The notes below the pieces were generated by a model. The model had not been told where the DNA came from. It made no database searches and was given only the letters and a program-made list of their open reading frames with translations. This document shows positions 17,323 to 25,408 of a DNA stretch of 37,469 nucleotides, piece after piece. Origin of the DNA: Anaerolineales bacterium (GTDB lineage: Bacteria; Chloroflexota; Anaerolineae; B4-G1; SLSP01); NCBI GenBank assembly GCA_046541755.1, contig JBKHCQ010000003.1, forward strand, positions 1 through 37,469, written 5' to 3'. How positions within the stretch are numbered: the first letter of the stretch is position 1; the number at the start of each line of letters is the position of its first letter. The translations under genes and the position numbers were made by a program.

Positions 17323-19008
17323 ATGAATCAGAAGCCGCGCGTCACGTTGGGGAGCGTCCGGGTTTGGCGACAGCAATTGATCCACCGCCTGCTGCGGGTG
17401 ATGATTATCTTTGGATTGCTGATGGTTGCGGCCGGCTCTTATTCTGCCTACCTTCGCGGCGCTGTGTGGGCCGTGGGGGCATACATAGCCGCCTACCTGG
17501 GATTGGTGTTCTTAACGCTGTGGCGGCGGGCGCCTTATGTATTACAGGTGGGGATTCTTCAGGTGCTGCTCTATGTTATCACGCTGGTCACATTTCTTAC
17601 CCGAGGGGTTGGCGATAGCAGTCGGATATACTTGTTGATGATGGTTTTCGTCTCCGCATTTTTCTGGGGATGGCGAGCGAGTCTCTTTACATTGGGTCTT
17701 CTTTTATTGACTATGGGCGGCATGTCATTCGGCTTTGCTGCCGGCTACATTACTAATTATCAAGAGGTCGTCTCGACTGATCTGAGTAGCTGGATCGCGC
17801 TGACCGTCGATCTGCTCAGTATGAGCGTTTTTATGGCGGTTCTGATACGCTATTTTATCTTTCGCTTTGATACTTATGTGGCTCAGAGTCGGAGACTGGC
17901 GCGAGAATTGGAGCAAAATCAGACCGCACTGGAAGCGCGGGTGGCAGAGCGAACGTCTGCTTTAGAGAAGCGCGGCGCGCAATTGGCGACGGCTTCTCAG
18001 GTGGCGCGGGAAGCGGCGGGTATTCGGGATATGAAGCAGTTATTGGAGCGAACGGTCAATCTTATCTCGGAACGCTTTGATTTTTATCATACCGGCATCT
18101 TTTTAATTGACGAAGCTGGTGAATACGCGGTCTTGCGGGCTGCTTCGTCGGAAGGTGGGCAGCGCATGCTGGCCCGTGAGCATCGATTGCGCGTAGGCGA
18201 GCAGGGCGTTGTCGGCTATGTTACAGGGCGCGGTGAGCACCGGATCGCGCTGGATGTGGGCGAAGATGCGGCCTACTTCGATAATCCCGATCTCCCGCGT
18301 ACCCGTTCTGAGGTAGCGTTGCCCTTGCAAGTGCGAGGGGAGATCATCGGGGCGCTGGATGTGCAAAGCGTCGCGTCGGAGGCGTTTACCTCAGAAGATG
18401 TGACCGTGTTGCAGACGCTGGCGGATCAGGTAGCCGTAGCCGTAGACAATGCGCGTCTCTTTGCGGAAAGTCAGGAGGCCCTGGAAGCGGCGCGGCGCGC
18501 TTACGGCGAGTTGAGCCAGAAAGGCTGGCAAGAGTTGTTTCGCACTCGAACTGAAGTTGGAGCGCGATATGATCCTCACGCCATACTGCCGCCCGATGGT
18601 CGCCAGCGCGAGAGCGTGAAAGCGGCGCTCCGGGAGAAAAAGCCCGTTGCGGATGCGGAGGGGAAGTTGCATACTCTCGCTATCCCTGTCGAGGTGCGCG
18701 GGCATGTGATCGGTGTGGTTGATGCGTATAAGCCCGACGAGGACGGCGCGTGGACGCAGGAAGAGATCGAGTTGCTGGAAACGCTGACGGCCCAATTGAG
18801 CCAGGCCCTGGAAAGCGCCCGCCTCTACGAGGATACCCAGCGCCAGGCGGCGTTCGAGCGCGTGACGGGAGAAATCGCCAGCCGCTTCCGTGAGTCGCTG
18901 GATGTGGATCGGATTTTGCAAACGGCGGCGAGTGAATTTCAAGAGGTTTTGAATCTGGATACGGTGGAAGTTCGGGTGGGGCCGGCGCCCTTATCCGACG
19001 AGATGTAA
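17323..19008 (+). CDS. Receptor paralog 7: multi-TM - GAF - partial GAF - tail
   Basis: ATG 17323 after GGAG (alternative ATG 17287). About 5-6 TM, LEARVAERT, GAF1 FYHTGIFL..YFDNPDLPRTRSEVALPL, and ALESARLYEDTQRQAAFERVTGEIASRFRESLDVDRILQTAASE..VEVRV. Confidence 0.9.
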   Translation: MNQKPRVTLGSVRVWRQQLIHRLLRVMIIFGLLMVAAGSYSAYLRGAVWAVGAYIAAYLGLVFLTLWRRAPYVLQVGILQVLLYVITLVTFLTRGVGDSSRIYLLMMVFVSAFFWGWRASLFTLGLLLLTMGGMSFGFAAGYITNYQEVVSTDLSSWIALTVDLLSMSVFMAVLIRYFIFRFDTYVAQSRRLARELEQNQTALEARVAERTSALEKRGAQLATASQVAREAAGIRDMKQLLERTVNLISERFDFYHTGIFLIDEAGEYAVLRAASSEGGQRMLAREHRLRVGEQGVVGYVTGRGEHRIALDVGEDAAYFDNPDLPRTRSEVALPLQVRGEIIGALDVQSVASEAFTSEDVTVLQTLADQVAVAVDNARLFAESQEALEAARRAYGELSQKGWQELFRTRTEVGARYDPHAILPPDGRQRESVKAALREKKPVADAEGKLHTLAIPVEVRGHVIGVVDAYKPDEDGAWTQEEIELLETLTAQLSQALESARLYEDTQRQAAFERVTGEIASRFRESLDVDRILQTAASEFQEVLNLDTVEVRVGPAPLSDEM

Positions 19009-19055
19009 TGCGATGCAATGCGATACAATGCGAAAATAGATTAGGAGGTCATACT

Positions 19056-20066
19056 GTGAGCAAGCAAATGTTTAGAGCCTGCGTGGGAGTCTTGATCTGT
19101 TTAGTGTTGGCTGCTTGTAGCGGCTCTGGATCCGAACCTGAACCGCAAGCGGATAAGGTGACCCTGCAATTACAGTGGACCACCCAGACACAATTTGCCG
19201 GCTATTATGTGGCGCTGTCGAAGGGCTGGTATGCTGAGGAAAACATTGACCTGACGATTAAGCCCGGCGGGCCTGATATTTTGTCGGTGGATCGGGTGAC
19301 CTCTGGCGTCGCGCAGTTTGGAACCGCCGTCTTGCCCGATCTTGTCGATGCCATCGAATCGGGCGACGATCTGGTCAGCATTGCCCAAATTCAACAGAGC
19401 AACGGGTTGCTCTTGTTGGCCAAAAAATCTTCGGGGATTAATGGCCCAGAGGATTTTGTCGGCAAGCGCGTGGGGGTATGGTTGGGCGGCTGGGAGACAC
19501 AATTCAATGCGCTCATCGCTCAGGAGGGCATCGACCCCGATTCGTTCGAACTGGTGGCGCAAGGCTTCAGCATGACGCCTTTCCTGGCAGGCGAACTCGA
19601 CGTCGCCTCGGCGATGATCTACAACGAGTACCTCACCGTGTTGCGGAGCGGTCTCTTCGAGGAGGAGTTGAACATCATCGACTATGCGGATTACGATTTA
19701 GATTTCCCCGGCGACCTGTTGTTCACCTCGCGCGACTTATTGGAGAGCAACCCCGATCTCTGTGTGCGGATGTTGCGCGCGTCGTTGCGGGGTTGGGAGT
19801 ACGCGATCAAGAACCCGCCGGAAGCGGCCGAGATTGTGATCGAATATGATCAGAGCGGCCTGCTGGAGTACAGACATCAGCTCGCGATGATGAAAGAGGT
19901 TGCTAAACTGGTGGCGCGCTCAGTGCGTCCGATTGGGTACACGGAGCGCAATGATGTGGTGCGGGTTATTGGCGCCCTCTCTACGTATGATGTTTTGGAA
20001 GGCGACCTACAACCGGAGGATGTCTACGATAGTGCTATATGGGAGCAGGCGATTGCTCAAGAGTAA
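19056..20066 (+). CDS. ABC-type substrate-binding lipoprotein, NMT1/THI5-like (SsuA/TauA/ThiY class)
   Basis: GTG 19056 after AGGAGG. Lipobox LAAC, VTLQLQW..Q.QFAGYYVA..KGWY.EE.IDL.I.PGG, DFVGKRVG and ASLRGWEYA..NP.EA. No permease or ATPase genes adjacent. Confidence 0.9.
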   Translation: MSKQMFRACVGVLICLVLAACSGSGSEPEPQADKVTLQLQWTTQTQFAGYYVALSKGWYAEENIDLTIKPGGPDILSVDRVTSGVAQFGTAVLPDLVDAIESGDDLVSIAQIQQSNGLLLLAKKSSGINGPEDFVGKRVGVWLGGWETQFNALIAQEGIDPDSFELVAQGFSMTPFLAGELDVASAMIYNEYLTVLRSGLFEEELNIIDYADYDLDFPGDLLFTSRDLLESNPDLCVRMLRASLRGWEYAIKNPPEAAEIVIEYDQSGLLEYRHQLAMMKEVAKLVARSVRPIGYTERNDVVRVIGALSTYDVLEGDLQPEDVYDSAIWEQAIAQE

Positions 20067-20075
20067 GGTGGTTGA

Positions 20076-21965
20076 ATGATGCAACGATTCCTTCGCAGGT
20101 TTTCCGTCCGGCAGCGGATCTTTGGCGGCCTGATGTTGCTGATTGTGTTTTTATTCCTTTCGATTCCGGTGTTGATTATGCAGCGGAATACGATGGACGA
20201 CACAATCATGCAGTTATTGGACGTGCGGGCGCGCGCCGATCGCTTGCTGCTCAGCGCTTCCGTGCGGATCCAACTCTCTCGCGTGGATCTGCTGCGTTAC
20301 ACTCAGGACTTAGTCGCGGCGCCTTATGAGGCCCTGGATAATATAAGTCAGGCCCAATCTCTGCTCGCAGAAACCGAGCCTTTGCTGATAGAACCGGATA
20401 TGCAGCAGAACTTGACAAAACTTCAAGACGCTCTTGTGACGTACGAAGGGCTCATCCATGATATCTTAGCCGCCCGTACGGCAGAAGATGGCGAAAGTTC
20501 GATCCAACTGGAGTTTCAAGCGCAGCGCCTGGGCCATGACATCGGATCGCTGATTGAGTTGCTGGTCAATCGCAACCAGGAGCGCCAAGCGGAAGCCGCC
20601 GCTGAATTCCGCAGGGCAGCGACCCAGCGCTTGAATTGGATCTTGCTGGGCTATGTCTTCGCCTTGGGCGTTGGCGTGGCGGTGGGGTGGTTGGTGCAGC
20701 AAAGTATTACGGAGCCGGTAGCCCAATTGCGTGAAGGCGCCGAGGCATTCAGCCGGGGGCAGATGGATGTGACGATTCCCGTCATCGGCGCGGATGAGTT
20801 GAGTGTCCTGGCGGAGACCTTCAACCGGATGTCAACGCAGATCTCCCAATCTTATCTTGAATTAGAAGAGCGCGTGATGGAGCGCACCCGCGATCTAGAA
20901 CGGCGTTCCGACTACCTGCGCGCGGCGGCTGAGGTGGGGCAAGCGACCAACGAAATTCTGGACCTTGACGAGTTGTTACGGCGCTCGGTCGAACTGATTC
21001 GCATTCACTTTAATCTCTATTACGTCGGCTTGTTCCTGGTGGACGAGGCAGGGGCATGGGCCATATTGCATGCCGGAACCGGCGAGGCGGGAGAGGCGAT
21101 GTTGGCGCGCGGCCACCGCATCCGCGTGGGCGAGGGGATGATCGGGTGGAGCGTGGAGCACGCTCAGGCTCGCGTAGCGGAGGACGTCGGGGGCGATGCG
21201 GTGCGCTTGGCGACCGCTGAACTGCCGGAGACCCGCTCTGAGGCGGCGATTCCTCTGCGGTCGCGGGGCAGCGTTCTCGGGGCGCTTACAGTCCAGGATA
21301 GCGAACCGCAGGCCTTCGACGAGGCCGCGCTTTCCATTCTTCAGATCGTGGCGGATCAACTGGCGGTGACGATCCGCAACACTCGTCTATTTGTGGCCAC
21401 TGAGGAGGCGCTCGAAGCCGAGCGCCGTGCTTACGGCGAAATTACCCGCGCCGCGTGGGCCGAATTCTCGCGGCGGCAGCAGGGATATATCGCCGGGATG
21501 GATCGTGAACCGGCGCCCGCGGCGGGGTCGTGGCGCGCGGATATGGTAGCGGCGCAACATGCCCGCGACGTGGTGCAGGTGGATGAGATGACCTTAGCGC
21601 TTCCGATCCAAGCCCGTGATGAAAGCATCGGCGCGGTGTATCTTCGCAAGCAAGATGGGGATGGAAAATGGAACTCCAGAGAATTGGCCTTGATATCGAA
21701 CCTGGTTGAGCAGTTGGGGATGGCCTTAGAGAGCGCCCGCCTCTATGAGGACACCCAGCGCCGCGCCGCCCGCGAGCGCGTGGTCGGCGAGGTGACGGCT
21801 AAAATACGAGAATCCTTGGATATAGAAAGTGTGATGCAGGCCGCCGTGCTCCAGATGCGCGAAGCGCTCGACATCGCCGAGGTGGAGATTCGATTGGAAC
21901 CGGGCGAAATCCAAACCGGTGAAGTCGAAACCGGTGAAGTTGAAACCGGTGAAGTTGAAAGATGA
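20076..21965 (+). CDS. Receptor paralog 8: TM - helical (4HB-like) ectodomain - TM - HAMP - GAF - partial GAF - tail
   Basis: HAMP DELSVLAETFNRM, LEERVMERT, GAF1 YYVGLFL..LPETRSEAAIPL, ALESARLYEDTQRRAARE, and a tail ending in (ETGEV)n. Confidence 0.9.
   Translation: MMQRFLRRFSVRQRIFGGLMLLIVFLFLSIPVLIMQRNTMDDTIMQLLDVRARADRLLLSASVRIQLSRVDLLRYTQDLVAAPYEALDNISQAQSLLAETEPLLIEPDMQQNLTKLQDALVTYEGLIHDILAARTAEDGESSIQLEFQAQRLGHDIGSLIELLVNRNQERQAEAAAEFRRAATQRLNWILLGYVFALGVGVAVGWLVQQSITEPVAQLREGAEAFSRGQMDVTIPVIGADELSVLAETFNRMSTQISQSYLELEERVMERTRDLERRSDYLRAAAEVGQATNEILDLDELLRRSVELIRIHFNLYYVGLFLVDEAGAWAILHAGTGEAGEAMLARGHRIRVGEGMIGWSVEHAQARVAEDVGGDAVRLATAELPETRSEAAIPLRSRGSVLGALTVQDSEPQAFDEAALSILQIVADQLAVTIRNTRLFVATEEALEAERRAYGEITRAAWAEFSRRQQGYIAGMDREPAPAAGSWRADMVAAQHARDVVQVDEMTLALPIQARDESIGAVYLRKQDGDGKWNSRELALISNLVEQLGMALESARLYEDTQRRAARERVVGEVTAKIRESLDIESVMQAAVLQMREALDIAEVEIRLEPGEIQTGEVETGEVETGEVER
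21913..21957 (+). repeat. 3 x 15-nt tandem repeat AAACCGGTGAAGTYG
   Basis: Direct reading; it encodes the C-terminal TGEVE repeats of paralog 8. Confidence 0.9.
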
Positions 21966-23911
21966 AACCCCCGATGGCCGGAAACTTGCGGAACAAGGAC
22001 AATAACGAGGCGTTTATGGATGAAGACCGACGCAGACACCCAAAACTCCAGACGAAATTAGGCGGCATTTTCGCGGCTTTGGCCGTGATCCTCGTGGCGC
22101 TGGCGCTGATCGCTTTATACATCGGCGCGCGGGACCGTATCCGCCAAAGCGTCCGCCGCCGCTTACACGATATCGTTGCCATTGCCGCGCAGCGGATCGA
22201 TGGCGATCTTCACGCCACCCTCACCGATCCCGAACAGGAGAGGAGCGCGGCCTACCTCCAGATCAAGCAGACACTCCAGGAGATTCGAGATATCGGCAGC
22301 GATCTCTATTTTGTCTACACGATGCGCGTGAATGAGGCCGGCGACATCTGGTTCGTGGTCGACGCTGAGGAAGATCCCGATGAAATCTCCCATCTGGGGG
22401 ATGTCTACGACGATGCCAGCGAGCTATTGCGCGCCAGCATCGTGACCCTCGACCAGCCCATCGTTGAGGAATCATTCTACACGGACCAGTGGGGCACCTG
22501 GCTCACCGGATACGCGCCTATCTATGATTCTGGAGGTAGACGGGTGGGCGTGTTGGGCATCGACATCAACGCCGAGCAGGTCAGGGCATACGAACGCGAG
22601 TTGCTCATCCGCGCATTGATTGTCTTGGGGGGCATCTTCCCCTTTGCCGTGTTGATAGGATGGTTGATCGGCCGGCGCATCGCCGCGCCCCTGGCGCAAC
22701 TTACCGAGGCGGCGACGGCCCTCGCGGCCGGCGATAGGATGCGCTCCATTCCCGCCAGCCAGCGAAATGATGAGCTTGGCATCCTGGCCCGGTCTTTTGG
22801 GCGGATGGCGGAGCGAATTCAAATGTTAATCCGCGAGCTTGAGCAGCGGGTCCAAATGCGGACTGACGATCTGGCTCAGCGCTCGCGATATTTGGAGACC
22901 TCGGCGGAGATTGGGCGGGCCGCCACCTCCATTTTGGATACTGACGAGTTAATGGACGCCGTGGTGGAGATGATCCGAGTGCAGTTTGACCTCTATTACG
23001 TGGGCCTATTCCTCCTCGATGAAACTGGCGAGTGGGCGGCGGCGCGGGCCGCCAGCGGGGCGGGCGGGCGCGCGATGCTGGAGCGCGGCTTTCGGATTCC
23101 GGTGAGCAAGGGCATGATCGGCTGGTGCATCCGGCACGCGCAAGCGCGGATCGCCGGCGTCGCCGAGCAGGATGAAGTGCGCGTGACCGTCGAGGAACTG
23201 GCGGGCGCCCGCTCCGAGGCCGCGCTGCCGTTGCGCTCGCGCGGGGAGGTGATCGGGGCGCTGTCGGTCGCGAGCGATCAGCCAGAAGCCTTCGATGCAG
23301 ATCTCATCACCGTGTTGCAGACCATGGCCGATCAGGTGGCTGTCGCGCTGGATAATGCGCAGCTTTATCAGGCCTCGCAAGCGGCCCTGGAGGCGCAGCG
23401 GCGCGCCTATGGGGAGGCCGGACGCGAGACGTGGCAGCAATTGATGCGGACCAGACAGCATCAAGGCTATCGCTGCGATCAATTGGGCCTCAGCCCCGTT
23501 CGAGGCGACTGGCGCCCGGAGATGCGACAAGCAATTGTGTCGGGGAATATCATCAAGGTACAAAAGCCCGCGGAGAGCGCCGAGAGCGAGAACATTGTTG
23601 CCGTTCCTATTCGCGTCCACGACCAGATTTTGGGGGTATTGCGCTTCCGCAAAGAAGAGGGCGAGTGGTTCGACGAGGAGATCAGCTTGCTGGAGACGCT
23701 GACGGATCGATTGAGCGCGGCCTTAGAAAGCGCCCGCCTCTACGAGGACACCCAGCGCCGCGCGGCCCGCGAGCAGATCGTAAGTGAGATCACCGGGCGG
23801 ATGCGGGAGACGTTGGATCTCGAGACCGTGTTAAAGACAGCCGCTGATGAGATGCGCCAGGCGTTGGAGTTGCCCGAAGTTTCTGTGCGCCTGATGCAGT
23901 TGGACGAGTGA
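21962..23911 (+). CDS. Receptor paralog 9: TM - single-Cache-like ectodomain - TM - HAMP - GAF - partial GAF - tail
   Basis: ATGA overlap with the upstream stop (alternative ATG 22016 after GAGG). FYTDQWGTWLTGYAPIYD..G..VGVLGID is Cache-like. HAMP DELGILARSFGRM, GAF1, ALESARLYEDTQRRAARE and the tail. Confidence 0.9.
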   Translation: MKPPMAGNLRNKDNNEAFMDEDRRRHPKLQTKLGGIFAALAVILVALALIALYIGARDRIRQSVRRRLHDIVAIAAQRIDGDLHATLTDPEQERSAAYLQIKQTLQEIRDIGSDLYFVYTMRVNEAGDIWFVVDAEEDPDEISHLGDVYDDASELLRASIVTLDQPIVEESFYTDQWGTWLTGYAPIYDSGGRRVGVLGIDINAEQVRAYERELLIRALIVLGGIFPFAVLIGWLIGRRIAAPLAQLTEAATALAAGDRMRSIPASQRNDELGILARSFGRMAERIQMLIRELEQRVQMRTDDLAQRSRYLETSAEIGRAATSILDTDELMDAVVEMIRVQFDLYYVGLFLLDETGEWAAARAASGAGGRAMLERGFRIPVSKGMIGWCIRHAQARIAGVAEQDEVRVTVEELAGARSEAALPLRSRGEVIGALSVASDQPEAFDADLITVLQTMADQVAVALDNAQLYQASQAALEAQRRAYGEAGRETWQQLMRTRQHQGYRCDQLGLSPVRGDWRPEMRQAIVSGNIIKVQKPAESAESENIVAVPIRVHDQILGVLRFRKEEGEWFDEEISLLETLTDRLSAALESARLYEDTQRRAAREQIVSEITGRMRETLDLETVLKTAADEMRQALELPEVSVRLMQLDE

Positions 23912-24005
23912 GATGTGTAACGTCAAGCGAGCGTATAGCCTTTCGCGGTGGCTCTTTGATTATCTCACTGTGGAGATGTGGAGAGTGGAAAGGAGAAAGC
24001 CTTTA

Positions 24006-24644
24006 ATGAGCGTTAGTTTGCGTTGGATAGCGTTAGTTGTGGTGATTCTGGCCTTGATTTTGGTCCCGTTTGCCATTTGGGGGGAACAAATTGAGGCGTG
24101 GACACATCATTTTATCGAGTCGGCCGAGGACAATGCCGGGTGGGTGATGGTGGTGCTCGGTGGTTTGCTGGCGTTGGACATTCTCTTACCGGTGCCTTCT
24201 AGCTTGGTCAGCACGGCTTGTGGATTTCTGTTGGGCTTTATGCCGGGGTTGTTGACCTCGCTTGCGGGGATGATCATTAGCAATGCCCTGGGCTTCACCA
24301 TGGGTGCGCGGTTAGGACGACCGTTTGCTCATAAGTTAGTCGGCAAGGTTGAATTGCAGCGTTTGGAGCAACTCAGCCAGCAGCTCGGTGATTGGGCCAT
24401 CATCGTCGCGCGTCCGGTGCCGGTGCTGGCCGAAGCCTCGGTGCTGTTTGCTGGGATGGGGCGTATGTCCATGCCGCGCTTTATGATATTGTCGGGATTA
24501 GCCAACTTGGGGATCTCGCTGGTTTACGCGGCGGTAGGGGCCTTCTCGGCCACCGAGGGATCATTTCTGTTGGCGTTCGCCGGCGCTATCCTCGTTCCTG
24601 GCCTGGCGATGCTCGTGTTCCGCAAGCACGATCCAGCGTCGTGA
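24006..24644 (+). CDS. DedA/VTT (SNARE_assoc/TVP38) family membrane protein
   Basis: ATG 24006 after AAGGAG. LDILLPVPSS, G..LGF..G and ARPVPVLAEAS..AG..RM...RF are DedA-like motifs, and the protein is hydrophobic throughout. Confidence 0.85.
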   Translation: MSVSLRWIALVVVILALILVPFAIWGEQIEAWTHHFIESAEDNAGWVMVVLGGLLALDILLPVPSSLVSTACGFLLGFMPGLLTSLAGMIISNALGFTMGARLGRPFAHKLVGKVELQRLEQLSQQLGDWAIIVARPVPVLAEASVLFAGMGRMSMPRFMILSGLANLGISLVYAAVGAFSATEGSFLLAFAGAILVPGLAMLVFRKHDPAS

Positions 24645-24664
24645 GGCGGTGATATGGTGATATT

Positions 24665-25237
24665 ATGAAAATGACATCTACTGAGCAATCTGTGATGAAC
24701 AGCCGGGTGCGCCACTGGTTCCAGGAACACTACGAGTTCGCGGTGCTACAGCGGCAGTTGCGGCGGAGTGGTGTGGACTTGCAGGGCAAGGTGCTGTTGG
24801 AGGCCGGGTGTGGCGCGGGGGCCAACCTACGTCTGTTGCAGCGCGCCTTCACGCCAGAAGCCATCTATGGCATCGACCTGTTGCCCGAAGAGGTCGCGCT
24901 CGCGCAGCAAAACGCGCCTGGCGCGCATATCACGGTCGGCGATCTCGCGGCTACCGGATTTCCAGACGCGCACTTCGACGCGGTTTTCGCGTTTGGCGTA
25001 TTTCATCATATTCCGCACTGGCCCACCGCACTCCAAGAGGTGCGCCGCATTCTCAAGCCGGATGGCCTGCTGGCGGGCGGTGAGATCAGGCAAGTTCGCA
25101 CGGTAGACTTCACCTGGCCTGGGTTTGTGCAGGACGTGCAGGCCGCCGGATTCAAAATGTTGGACAATCAGAAGATCTACTTCGGGTATTTCTACAGCTA
25201 CCTGTGCGCCACTTCCGATGGCATCGGGACGAGTTAA
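24665..25237 (+). CDS. Class I SAM-dependent methyltransferase (Methyltransf_11/25-like)
   Basis: Motif I LLEAGCGAG, GIDL, GD, FDAVF..GVFHHI..W..AL.EV.RILKPDG. Confidence 0.9.
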   Translation: MKMTSTEQSVMNSRVRHWFQEHYEFAVLQRQLRRSGVDLQGKVLLEAGCGAGANLRLLQRAFTPEAIYGIDLLPEEVALAQQNAPGAHITVGDLAATGFPDAHFDAVFAFGVFHHIPHWPTALQEVRRILKPDGLLAGGEIRQVRTVDFTWPGFVQDVQAAGFKMLDNQKIYFGYFYSYLCATSDGIGTS

Positions 25238-25286
25238 GGCGAGTGGGTCTTATGGATAGGGAAGGTAACGATTTAGTTTTAGGAGT

Positions 25287-25392
25287 AGAGCAAAGTGCAA
25301 CGCACTTGAACTGAAGGAAAGACAACGCCTCATGCAGTATATGCTTGGTGATAAGCTTAAAAGTGCGTTGCATCTCAAGACTAAACGGCTAC
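25287..25392. repeat. Dispersed ~106-bp REP/REPIN-like repeat, copy B
   Basis: Homologous to 10180-10287. Arms gtgcaacgcactt (25295-25307) and aagtgcgttgcat (25361-25373). aagtgc-aac-gcactt is itself a perfect mini-hairpin. Confidence 0.85.
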
Positions 25393-25408
25393 AAGGGAAA
25401 GGATAACT

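Noticed and set aside
18040-18470. GAF1 as a phytochrome/cyanobacteriochrome or free Met-R-sulfoxide reductase
   Set aside because: No conserved chromophore Cys-His or DIP motif. The SE..P/LD..S..AF..D pattern resembles fRMsr-type GAFs, but catalytic cysteines are not conserved across paralogs.
19008-19033. Pentamer run atgcg/atgca/ataca (and gcctaacta x2 at 17132-17151) as operator sites
   Set aside because: Too short and not repeated elsewhere in the window; simple slippage duplication explains them.
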